Shown here one piece after another: positions 50,601 to 62,300 of a DNA stretch of 64,000 nucleotides (position 1 is the stretch's first letter; each line of letters opens with the position of its first letter). The translations under genes were made by a program, and so were the position numbers. This stretch comes from Podarcis gaigeae. Its lineage: Eukaryota. The stretch is taken from the NCBI GenBank assembly GCA_964106915.2, contig OZ066916.1, one strand, 5' to 3'. The notes beneath the pieces are model-generated. The model was not told where the DNA came from and searched no databases. It was given only the letters and a program-made list of their open reading frames with translations.

Positions 50601-51946
50601 CACAGGATTCAGCTATACAGCTGCAAATAAAACGTTTTAAACGTGTTGTAAAGTGCAATATACAAATGTGACAATAGAGGGCTATGCCAAATTCAATGTA
50701 TTTTTCAAAATGTTTTTTAAAAAAGCATTTTCACAGCGATTTTATATGTGTATAGATTCCACCCCAGTTTCTATTTCCAAAATGTTGCCTTACTGTGTCC
50801 CTAATTTCAGTGCTTTCAGTGAAGCGGAAATGATTTTTTTAAAAAATCATTTGTAATTACTATTTTCAAATTGTAAACTGCTTTGGAAATTCTTTAAACT
50901 GAAAAGCAGGGTAGCAATGCTTTGACTAAATAATATGAATTAAAAATTGGGGAAGGTTTTCCCCCTTAAATATTGTGCTTTCTACGGAGCTCAGACACAT
51001 GGATGAGAATTTTTTTCAGGCTTCATTGTGATTCCATAATAAAAAGCAGTGAATGATGATACCATTTAGAAAGCACTAGAAGAGGATTTCTCTTCCAGTC
51101 ACCCTTTTAACATGTGTTTGAGCTGTTTGCAGAATCTATTTCTGAAGTTGCTGTTAAACCAACCTGCGTACGGTTCTAAAAATCATACTGCTTTTAAAAC
51201 GTTCAAATCACAGTATTTTATTCTGACCTGATACGATACTCTGCAGGTATTTGTTGCTACTGTTTGGGGCCAAGAAATGGGGCAGGCGACATTCGTGCGA
51301 GTTCCGGTTTGAACATAAAAGAAGAGACTCTCTCAACCACAAAGAGGAAGCAAGACTCAGCAGTCCAGATACGGTTCCGTGGCATTCTGGAATCCTTGAC
51401 AGAGGACCACTCTGAAAAACAGCATTTCCCACCCAATAAAAATCCTTCCTTGGCAGGGCCTACCTTCTTCTTTCTGTCCACTGGTCTATCTGAGACAAGC
51501 ATGAAGAGCAAGTCGGGATTTCTCAAGTGCGAAAGGGCTTTGGTCTCCATATCTTATCAAGCATCCCTCTGCCTTGGAGAAGAGAAGATGCCACATGATC
51601 GCTGTGAATCCCAGAGAGCGCTCTTTTTTGCACCACTCCCTCCAGCCATGCTGGTCTCCAGAGCAGGAGGAGACAGAGAGCAGGCAGGGGAAAAACAGAA
51701 CTGAAAGCACTTTGCTCAGAAAGGCCTCTTCTTCAAAATGCACAGGACGTGTGTCTCCCCAAGGGGACTTTTTTATATATAAAAAAAACTTTCCCTAGTA
51801 GTAAACACCCCTCGCTGAGAACTCTGCAAGCTAGCTGAGAGAAAAGGTATAAATGGAGTACAATTGTTGTCCATGGAGTTTGTGGCTCATCCTGCCACAA
51901 TGATATTTTCTTAATTCCCATTAGAGCTGGGCGATATATCAATATA

Positions 51947-52183
51947 CAGTCATACCTCTTGTGATGTTTGCTTCAGGTTGCGTCCCGCAGTGACCCAAAA
52001 GTACTGGAAAGGGTTACTTCCAGGTTTCGTTGCTCGTGCATGCGCAGACAAGCAAAATGACGTCACGCGAATGCACAGAAACAGCAAATTGTGACCCACG
52101 CACGTGCAGACGCGGGTTGCGTTCTGCTCAAGTTGTGAACGGGGCTCTGGAACGGATCCCGTTCGCAACCAGAGGTACCACTG
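51947..52183. mobile_element. Tigger-like MITE, family A
   Basis: TA|cagtcatacctct ... agaggtaccactg|TA. Confidence 0.9.
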
Positions 52184-52492
52184 TATCGTCCAAAACTGAC
52201 CTGAAGTCAATATTGTGATATCGGTTTCATAATTTTTGACCTGGCGGTATGTTGTGAATCATGATGTGTGTTAGGGCTGAGCGATTTATCGTCCAAAACT
52301 GTTTTGAAGTCCATGTCATGATATAGGTTTCATAATTTCCGACCTGGCAAAATATTGCAAATCGTGTATGTGTGTCTGCAACCAGTATGCAGAAGTCACG
52401 ATGTGGGGAAAACCGTGAAGCCAGCCAGTGCCTCTACATAGCTCCATCCTTATTTCAGACATAGTGATATACTGGTAGAGTGATGTTTAGAT

Positions 52493-52704
52493 GGGACGTG
52501 GGTGGCGCTGTGTTCTAAACCACTGAGCCTAGGGCTTGCCGATCAGGTCAGCGGTTTGAATCCTTGCGATGGGGTGAGCTCCCATTGACTGGTCCCAGCT
52601 CCTGCCAACCTAGCAGTTCAAAAGCATGCTGGTGCAAGTAGATAAATAGGTATCGCTCCGGTGGGAAGGTAAACGGCGTTTTTATGCGCTGCTCTGGTTT
52701 CGCC
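52493..52704 (+). mobile_element. Sauria SINE, 3'-truncated
   Basis: gggacgtgggtggcgctgtg head and core; tail absent. Confidence 0.88.
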
Positions 52705-54250
52705 TCTCTCTATGCAAGCTGAGCAAGCTGTACAGCAGCTTAGACTAAGGAGCTACTCTGATACACCTGAAAAACCCCATGTGGGCGCATACTTTGTCTA
52801 TCTAACAGTTTGGTGAATAAATGGAACAAACTGCCCAGAGATGCTATTGAGATCTCATCCCCTGAAGATCCTGGGGAAAGACTCAAGCAACATTTACTAG
52901 GGGCTGCTTGAAGTCTTGACTCTAGGGCATTCCACTATTGCAAGTAGCTGGAAGAAATGAGTATATGATGCAATTAAAGTTTCGCAAATGAGTATCTGCA
53001 AGGAGGTATGGGGAGAGGGGGTGTATACAGCAATGCTTTATGTTAAAGCTCACTTTTTCTTTTCTTTTTTACAATACTACTCTGGTCCAATCTGAGATAT
53101 ATTCATTACATGACATCATGTTTATAAGGGAGGAAAAAAATCAATTTCAGCAAGCTTCAGCTTTTCATTCCAGTCATTCCTGTAGTAATTACTAGCAAAG
53201 AAAAGATCTGGATAAATGTACTCTGGACTAGCCAAGTCTTCAATTCTTTCAAGTTTTTGGGAACACAAGGTCTACTTCAAAACCTAATTAAAGAAAACTC
53301 TACAAGGACAGCCGGAGTCTGCAGCCAAAGCTTCAGGACAACTTCCTGATAATAATATGTTTTCAGATATGCCCTTCACAAAAAAAGGAGATTATGTAAT
53401 ACTACATTCACTAAGCTTTCCAGTCATGCCCAAGTCTATCAAGTTACTTAACATAGTAATTCATTCACAGATACAGCCAATATACTTTTTACCAAGGCTA
53501 TACGAAAATATTCAGGTACTGCTTGAGGCTGCTTGAAAAAGGCTTTTGCTAGTCTCGTTGTAAGGAGAAAGAATGAAACTTGCAAGTAAATAAAAATACA
53601 GGCAAAGAACTAGTTCATATAAGAGCTACTTCCCTCACTCTAGGGAGACCTAAAAGATTGTCTATATGCAACAAAAATTTAAACTCTGTACAAGCAAGGG
53701 ATTCTGGCTTCTCATACCAAACTTATTTACCAATACTTTTGGTTCACTCCCATGTGATTGTGTTTCACCAAAGACCTTAAAATATATCATTTAAATAACC
53801 ACTGGTGGCAGCAAGCAGGACAGGTATCCTACCATAACATTTCAAGGCCTAGCTGGGGCTGGGCAGGTTCTTCACTGCTCAGGTGGTAGAGAGGTGGTGT
53901 TGCAAGGATGTTGTTGTTGCTGGCGCCGCAGCAGCAGGGCAGAACCTACCTAATATATTATGGCTAGCTCCTTTTCTTTACTACAAAACAGTGCATCAAG
54001 GGTGAAGGGTTGCTGAGGCTTAGATGAGGACAAACATCTGAGGAAACAAAACGTTCAGGCTTTCCACCGCCTGCAGATAGTAAATATGTGTGCTTCATGC
54101 CTTCATGGTGTTGAAATTAGGAAGCTTTGGCATAAGAGCACTGAAGTTGTTTATTCCTCCCAGATTAAGGCTCCACAATCAGGCCCCAAAGGATACACCA
54201 TGTTTCTCAAACCTGCTCTGCTCTTCTTCAGTAATTTAATTTAACCTTCC

Positions 54251-55112
54251 TTTAAATTCCTGGGAGTTTACCTTAGCGAAGACCTCACTTGGAAAAACAA
54301 TATAACTCAGGTGTTTAGGAAGGCCCAACAGAGACTCCATTTTCTCAGGGTCTTGCGAAAGAAGAAGAAGAAGAAGAAGAAGAGTTTGGATTTGATATCC
54401 CGCCTTTCACTCCCTTTAAGGAGTCTCAAAGCGGCTAACATTCTCCTTTCCCTTCCTCCCCCACAACAAACACTCTGTGAGGTGAGTGGGGCTGAGAGAC
54501 TTCAAGGAAGTGTGACTGGCCCAAGGTCCCCCAGCAGCTGCATGTGGAAGAGCGGAGACGCGAACCCAGTTCCCCAGATTACGAGACTATCGCTCTTAAC
54601 CACTACACCACACTGGACACCACACTAGAACAATGTTAAACAACAATTGATGACTTCCTTCTACCGGTCCACAACAGAAAGTGTCCCCTCATATTGTATC
54701 ACAGTGTGGTACGTTGGCTTGACAGCTATGGACCGAAAGTCTTTACAGAGGGTGGTGAACACAGAGCATGATATCACGGACTGTCGCCTGAGCCCTCTAG
54801 ATGACATCGCAAGGGATCGTTGCCTTAGGAGAGCGAGAAAAATTCTCAGGGACAATTCACACCCTGGCCAGCCCCTCTTTAATCTTCTACCCTCGGGCAG
54901 GGAATATAGAAGTATAATCAGTCATACCAACAGGCTAAAAAAAAAAATTCTATCCATGGGCTGTTAGGCTGCTGAACGGAAAATAATATAGTGCAACTGA
55001 CTTTCAGGGTTGGTGTGTTGTGCGACAAGCACACAGAGTGCAACAAGACTGAGTGTTTGGGGGGTTGGCTCAGTTAATTTCATTGTACACAGGTTGTATT
55101 GACAATAAAGGT

Positions 55113-55171
<59 letters not shown>

Positions 55172-55172
55172 C
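54251..55172 (+). mobile_element. Rex1/Babar-type LINE 3' portion, split by a SINE, with (CAA)n tail
   Basis: [28 protein letters not shown] // LMTSFYRSTTESV.SYCITVWY...LQRVV...HPG..LFNLLPSGR.YRS; AATAAA then (CAA)n. Confidence 0.85.
54360..54616 (-). mobile_element. tRNA/CORE-type SINE (Squam3-like) with (CTT)n tail
   Basis: Minus strand ccagtgtggtgtagtggttaagagc...gggttcgcgtc head; MIR-like core (tgggccagtcac...ctcagccccactcacctcacaga). Confidence 0.85.
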
Positions 55173-56703
55173 TTATACCTGACTTACCCTTTTCTGTGAA
55201 GCTTTGGGTGCAAACCATTATTCTCATTCCCACAAGTTCACACACATGTAGCTACATTTGTCCACATCTATCCTCGCTTCTCCCTCCCTGGTTCTTCTTC
55301 CCATAGACTGCAAAGCTCCATGGGGCATAGACCTGTCTTTGTTTATGTTAGCCTGAAAGCTTCTGGTGGTATATTCATAATTTCTCTCTTGATAAAGCCA
55401 ACAGTTCACTCCTTATAAAGATAAAAATTGGGTTTGATCTTGGCATAAAGCCAGAAGAAAGAGAGCAAACACGTGACACTTTGGGTGTTAGCCAAGCCCA
55501 TTAATGAGAACTTATCAGATATAAACACACCATTCAATTGTGCTATCTTGTAAGCATAGAATTATAATGGTATCGTGTAAGCGCACAAATTCTAACACTT
55601 TGTAACCACTGGAAGGCACACAAAACGTTCTACTGGAGAACAGCAATTTATCAAAAGGACATGTGGGAAATTAATGAAGTAAAACTGCCTCACTTGCATT
55701 GCAAACCCAGCATCCAGTCTCACCCAGCTGGAAGAAACTTAACTTCAACCAAAGAAGCTTTCTCCACAAATGACATATGTGACTGCCTGTTGCAGAGACC
55801 TTCAAGGTCTTGCTCAGCGCCCTTGGGAGAGTGAGAGGGGCTTGTTCCATTATTCAACAATCTACACAGATCATAAATTTATGGGATCTTCTTCAGAATT
55901 AAAACCAACAACATTGTTGGGCGTTTCTAGACATCAAAGAAGGCGCAAGTCCCAATAAAATGCATTCATTATATACTCAAGATAGCAATAATAAAAGTCT
56001 ACTCCAAGTATTATTATTTTAGGACAAAAGTGTTTCTGGATCTGTTTACTGTTATTATTGAAGTTGCAGCTATTGTGATAAAAAAAAGCAACCCAACACT
56101 TTATCTCCTAGTTTAAGTCGCTGATGAATGAACCCAAATGCAAACCTTCTGATGTCCTTTGCTAGTCCCTGCAGGGTGCAGTTGGGGTGCAAATGGCAAT
56201 TCAAAGCTGCAGGAAAATCTTTCAGAGGGCAGGGGGGAAACTCTGGTTCCAATGGACAGTAAGAGAGGGGTGGGGGACACAGCAAATGAAAATGGGGGGC
56301 AACTTGCGAACACCGATGAAAAATGTTGCTGAAAAATAGTGTGGTGCAGTTTTAATAACTGAATGTGGCTAAGTCAACCCAGAAGCACTACTGGGTACTA
56401 GACTCCAGTGAAGCCTGGGGAAGTAGAGCTACTTTCCCCCATCTGCTTCTATCAAGGTTCCTTTTCTTCCAAAATCATCCATCCATATCCAGCCTTACAT
56501 CTCAATACTCCTGAATATTTCTGGGAAGGAAGGAAGGAGGCTCTACACCAACTCCTGCAATTCAGTCTAAAGTTCCGGGATGGAACTTCTAGTCACTGTC
56601 ACAACAAAACAGGTTACTTACTATTCATGAGATCTAGCAGAAAAACCCTGAGGCATTTCAATCCTGGCACAAGGTATATTGCCCCAAACAAACCTCTTAA
56701 TAG

Positions 56704-57149
56704 NNNNNNNNNNNNNNNNNNNNNNNNNNNNNNNNNNNNNNNNNNNNNNNNNNNNNNNNNNNNNNNNNNNNNNNNNNNNNNNNNNNNNNNNNNNNNNNNN
56801 NNNNNNNNNNNNNNNNNNNNNNNNNNNNNNNNNNNNNNNNNNNNNNNNNNNNNNNNNNNNNNNNNNNNNNNNNNNNNNNNNNNNNNNNNNNNNNNNNNNN
56901 NNNNNNNNNNNNNNNNNNNNNNNNNNNNNNNNNNNNNNNNNNNNNNNNNNNNNNNNNNNNNNNNNNNNNNNNNNNNNNNNNNNNNNNNNNNNNNNNNNNN
57001 NNNNNNNNNNNNNNNNNNNNNNNNNNNNNNNNNNNNNNNNNNNNNNNNNNNNNNNNNNNNNNNNNNNNNNNNNNNNNNNNNNNNNNNNNNNNNNNNNNNN
57101 NNNNNNNNNNNNNNNNNNNNNNNNNNNNNNNNNNNNNNNNNNNNNNNNN
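56704..57149. other. Assembly gap (N run)
   Basis: 446 consecutive N. Confidence 1.
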
Positions 57150-57388
57150 GTGATATCGAGAGGCTTAGCTGCAACCGAAAGGCATTCAAGAACCTAACTA
57201 GGTCAACAGTCAGACAATATAAAGTGCTGTGGCATCTTAAAGACAAACTGGTTTACTGTGGCATAAGCTTTCGTAGGCGACAGCTTATAAGTGATTATAA
57301 GTAAGCCAGCTCGACTGACTGTGTACTATGATGGGGCAGCTCTTGCCAAGGCTCATGGAGGCTAAATGGCATGGACAAAGGAGCTAAT

Positions 57389-57628
57389 CAGGGGTCAGCA
57401 AGCTTTTTCAGCAGGGGGCCGGTCGACTGTCCCTCAGACCTTGTGGTAGTCTGGACTATATATATATATATTTTTTTGGGGGGGGGGGAAATGAACGAAT
57501 TCCTATGCCCCACAAATAATTCAGAAATGCATTTTAAATAAAAGGGCACATTCTACTCATGTAAAAACATGATAATTCCCAGACTGTGGGCCAGATTTAG
57601 AAGGCAGGCCTTAGTTTGCCTACCCATG
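57389..57628. mobile_element. hAT MITE
   Basis: caggggtcagcaagct / agtttgcctacccatg termini; imperfect TSD containing agctaa. Confidence 0.7.
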
Positions 57629-57863
57629 AGCTAAATGAACCTGAACTTAAAAGGGGGAAAGCAAAGTCTCGCATATAGGACATTTCAGTGACTACTGCGG
57701 GCAAGGGTCCCACAACCATTTTCTACTGAGAAGGGGCCAGCCACACTCCAACCTCATATACAAATTTGGCATTTCTTCTTCTCTGAAGAAACAATGATTT
57801 GGCAGGATCACATGTAGGGCTAAGCCAGGGGGCTGGGTAGAGATGCCATATCAGCAAAGGGGG

Positions 57864-57866
57864 TTT

Positions 57867-57921
<55 letters not shown>
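57864..57921. repeat. (TTTC)n microsatellite
   Basis: Direct observation. Confidence 0.95.
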
Positions 57922-58334
57922 AAAAAGAACCCAACTGGGTCACAATATTGCAGGTGGGCATTGAAGGCAAGTCTCAAGCCTAAAAACTAACTGTCTAAGA
58001 ACAGGGATTGTTGATTCCCACCAGCAGGCCAGAGAAAGTCGTATCCTAATCTTGGAGGGTGTGCTATCCAATCCACGTTCCCTGGTCAACTTCTGGGGGT
58101 TTCAGCTGCACCTGGAGCCAAAGCAAGGGCTAGCTTGACCCCACATGTTTCTGCTTGCCTGAAAAGACAGGGACATAGGAATTTGCCTGATAATGAGTCA
58201 CACTACAGGATTCACCTGGCTCAGTGCTGTCTACACTGACTGAGAACCGTTCTCCATGATTTCAGGCAGGGGACATTGCCAGCCCTACTTGGAAATGCCA
58301 GGAATTGAGCCTGGTATCTTTTTCATGCAAAGTA

Positions 58335-58593
58335 CCGTATTTTTCGCTCTATAAGACGCACCAGACCACAAGACGCACCTTGTTTTTGGAGGAGGAAAAC
58401 AAGAAAAAAAATATTCTGAATCTCAGAAGCCAGAACAGCAAGAGGGATCGCTGCGCAGCGAAAGCAGCAATCCCCCTTGCTGTTCTGGCTTCTGGGATAG
58501 CTGCGCAGCCTGCATTCGCTCCATAAGACGCACGCGCATTTCCCCATACTTTTTAGGAGGGAAAAAGTGAGTCTTATAGAGCAAAAAATACGG
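58335..58593. mobile_element. Tc2/pogo-like MITE, family B (259 bp), inserted in an old minus-strand tRNA SINE (~58205-58620)
   Basis: TA|ccgtatttttcgctctataagacgcac ... gtgagtcttatagagcaaaaaatacgg|TA. Confidence 0.9.
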
Positions 58594-58789
58594 TAGATGA
58601 TATACTGCTGAGCGATGACACTTCCTCAGATCCTTGGAGGAGAACTCTGCTTCATGTCCCACCACCTGCCTGCAGACAGACTGTTCAGGTACACAGAACA
58701 AGGTAGTGATGCCTAGGCTCTGAAACGCCATCCTCCCGCCTTTTTGTTCCTGATGCATGCTGAAGACCATATTAGGCCTTTTATAATTA

Positions 58790-59110
58790 TAGGACTTGCC
58801 AATCAGAAGTTCGGCGGTACGAATCCCCGCAATGGGGTGATCTCCCGTTGCTCGGTCCCTTCTCCTGCCAACCTAGCATTTCGAAAGCATGTCAAAGTGC
58901 AAGTAGATGAATAGGTACCGCTCCGGCGGGAAGGTAAACGGTGTTTCTGTGCACTGCTCTGGTTCTCCAGAAGCGGCCTAGTCATGCTGACCACATGACC
59001 TGGAAGCTGTACGCCGGCTCCCTCGGCCAGTAAAGCGAGATGAGCGCCGCAACCCCAGAATCGGCCACGACTGGACCTAATAACGGTCAGGGGTCCCTTT
59101 ACCTTTACCT
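58790..59110 (+). mobile_element. Sauria SINE, slightly 5'-truncated
   Basis: Core and (accttt)n tail. Confidence 0.92.
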
Positions 59111-60128
59111 CACATACAAAAAAAGTTTCATGCTGTCATCTGGAAATACCATCAGACGTCCAGTTCCTGGATCAAGCCCTGGAATCCCTGGGAACTCCCT
59201 CACCTCCACAGCCAGTCTAGTGCCTCCAAGGGCATTTCCCAAGCGCAGCCTGCACCATCTGGATGGAGCTTGAGCCAGATGTGCTGATAGCCATGTGGGC
59301 AAAATGCAGCCTAGAGTCCAGCTTTCTGCCACTCAGCTCCACTCCAACAGCCAAGCCTCAGCAGCATGAAGATGTTGCTTATTCTGTTGGTTGGCGGAAA
59401 TAAATCGGGAAAGTTCTATCAGCACCACATTTATCAAGCAAGGATGCCTCGGGGCCATCCATGTAGCCAAAGTTCCACTTACTAGTGCATTTTCTTTTAC
59501 GGGAGCAAATCTGAGCTGCTTCGGCGTTATAGAAGGTTGGCTACATATACGGCTGCAGGCTCCCTCATTGAATTAGACTGTAAAAGCCTCGCAGTGCCAT
59601 AACTCAGCAACAAAAGGCCCCTGATATGGGAGGGTGGCTTTCCTCCCGTGCTGGAGAAAAGAATACCCCCTACCCACCCCGGAAAAGGACATAAAGGAAT
59701 GAAATGGTCCGTGCCCAGTGAAGAGGTACAGCACAGCTTTGTTCCCGCCCCACCCTCACCTGCCCTTTACTAACCTACACTTAGAGAGAGGCAACCATGT
59801 GAGTGAGGAGAATGCAAGGAAAGTAACATGTTATAGAACACCAAGGAATTAGACTGACAGTTCCAGAGGCGTGGACATGTTCGCCTGTTTCAGGAAACGC
59901 ACAAAAGGCTTTTTGTCGAGTAGGCCTAATGGGGAAATGAAATGCAACATTCTGCACAACACGGGGCAGGAGAGGGGCTATCTTTGAACCTAGCACAGAT
60001 TGTCGCAGCTGGATAAGTGAATACAAGAGCTGGCAAAATCACAACCATACACACACACACACACACTATCTATATCTATATCTATATCTATATCTATCTA
60101 TCTATCTATCATCTATCTATCTATATAG

Positions 60129-61255
60129 ATTTTCAGTTTTATACATTTCAATAATTTTATAGCCATTTTAACATTTCAAAACTTGACTTCCTTCCTCCTC
60201 ATTCTGCGGCTCCTTAAATTTATTTTTAATATTTTCTGCATATCCAGATTAACTTAATTTGTTCATTTATTCATCTACTTTAAATATATACTCTTATGAA
60301 ACTGCAGGTTATTACAATAGTCCTGCCAATGTTCTTTTCTGTTTACAGTTTGTTTGTAAATATTCAATAAACCATTTCCATTTGTTTCATAAAAAGTCTG
60401 TTAACTTGATTTCTTATTCTTCCGGTAAGTTTCGCCATTTCTGCATATTCCATAAGTTTTTGTACACATTCTTCTTTTGCTGGGACTTCTGCTTCTTTCC
60501 ATTTTGGGGCAAGTAATGTTCTTGCCGCTGTAGTTGCACACATAAATAAATTTCTATATAGTTTGGGTAGTTCTGTCCCTGTAATTCCCAAAAGGAAAGC
60601 TTCTGGGGTTGGTTTTTTCCCCAAACGTTATTTTAAACATCTTTTTCAATTCATTATATATCATTTCCCAATAAACTTTAACCTTACTACAAGCCCACCA
60701 CATATGATAAAAAGAACCTTCTTTCTCTTTACATTTCCAACACTTATTTGATTTGGATTTATACACTTTTGCCAATTTTCTCAGTGTTAGGTATCATTGA
60801 TATATCATTTTCATATATTTTTCTCTTAGACCGTAAGATGCTGTAAATTTTATATCCATATTCCACAATTGTTCCCATGCTTCCATATCTATATTATGAC
60901 CAGTATCTATTGTCCAATGTAACATTGGGGATTTTACTTCCTCATCCTTTGTCTCCCACTCCAATAATATCTGATACATTTTTACAGCACTTTAACATTA
61001 CAGTCATACCTCGGCTTACAGCCGCTTCAGGTTGCGTTTTTCAGGTTGCGGACTGCCGAAACCCGGAAGCACCAGAACGGGTTACTTCCGGGTTTCGGCA
61101 GTCGCGCATGCACAGAAGTGCTAAACTGCGTATGCGCAGAAGCGGTGAATCACAACCTGCATGTGCACAGACGCAAGTTGCGAATGCTGCACCGATCACG
61201 TTCGCAACCTGAGCGTCCACTGTACTTCCAACAGGTCTCTCTCCAGGTGTGATAT
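60129..61255 (-). mobile_element. L1 LINE ORF2 3' portion (frameshifted), split by a MITE; compound (CA)/(TATC) microsatellite at 60049-60128
   Basis: CCHC-type motif CWKCKEKEGSFYHMWWAC, LFMCATTAARTLLA..WK; frame continues across the MITE (LERDLLE // NVKVL). Confidence 0.88.
61001..61222. mobile_element. Tigger-like MITE, family A
   Basis: TA|cagtcatacctcgg ... ctgagcgtccactg|TA; close relative of 24691-24966. Confidence 0.9.
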
Positions 61256-61269
61256 TTGTTCCCCATACC

Positions 61270-61725
61270 TTGCTCTTCTTTAAAACCAAGCACTCTAGCT
61301 CACCTGTCTTGGCTCTGAGGCTTCTAGCATTAGCATATAAACACACGGTGTTTCTTTCTAAATATCTCTGGCATGTGCTTTTTTTTACCCTACGGCATTC
61401 TGGCCTCTTTGAATTTCTATAATTGAATTACCTGTTTTCATTACCTGTTTCTACCTTCCACCATTTGGACAATCATAAAAACACTTTCACTCATCCCTGA
61501 GGGGTGATTTATCCCCAGCTGCATGCTCCTCACCTCTTGTTGCCTTTCCCCCAGTAATCATTTTAAAAGCTGCTCTGCTACCTTTTGGATTCTGAGCAGC
61601 AACAGCCTGGTTCCATTCTGGTTCAGGTGCAGCCCGCCACTTTCGCACAGGCCTGGGTTCTTCCAAAATGTTTCCCAGTGGCTAACAAATCCCAACTCCT
61701 CCTGACACCAGCAACTCATTCACAC
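61270..61725 (-). mobile_element. CR1 LINE internal fragment spanning the ORF1 end and ORF2 start
   Basis: ELGFVSHWETFWKNPGL...GLHLNQNGTRLL (SGNH-esterase-like ORF1 C-terminus) then CLYANARSLRAK.GELE (APE endonuclease N-terminus). Confidence 0.8.
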
Positions 61726-61754
61726 ACAGAGATCCTCTCCTTTTCCTGCCAGCT

Positions 61755-62300
61755 GTGATGGCTATACTCTGCCTCCACAGTTGGAGGCAAGCAATGCTTC
61801 TGAGTACCAGCTGCTGGAAACCACAAGGTAAAGGTGAATGCAAAGGTAAAGGGACCCCTGACCATCAGGTCCAGTCGTGGCCGACTCTGGGGTTGCGGAG
61901 CTCATCTCGCTTTCCTGGCCGAGGGAGCCGGTGTACAGCTTCCGGGTCATGAGGCCAGCATGACTAAGCCGCTTTTGGCGAACCAGAACAGCACACGGAA
62001 ATGTCATTTATCTTCCCTCCGGAGCGGTACCTATTTATCTACTCACACTTTGACGTGCTTTCGAACTACTAGGTGGGCAGGAGCAGGGACCAAGCAACAG
62101 GAGGTCACTCTGTCGCGGGGATTCGAACCGCCGACCTTCTGATCGGCAAGCCCTATGCTCTGTGGTTTAGACCACAGCGCCACCCGCATGCTCGAATCCT
62201 GTTTGCTGGCCTGCCACAAGCATCTGTTTGGCCACTGTGAGAACAGGATGCTGGACTAGATGGGCCCCTTTCAGCCTGACCCAGCAGGTTTTTCTTTTGC
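61755..62300 (+). mobile_element. CR1 3' UTR fragment split by a Sauria SINE
   Basis: gatggctatactctgcctcc...gctggaaaccaca // ggccactgtgagaacaggatgctggactagatggg. Confidence 0.75.
61828..62188 (-). mobile_element. Sauria SINE
   Basis: aaaggtaaagggacccctgacc ... ggattcgaacc ... cacagcgccaccc. Confidence 0.93.

Noticed and set aside
56408-57304. Long ORFs of 172-298 aa
   Set aside because: Artefacts of translating through the N gap
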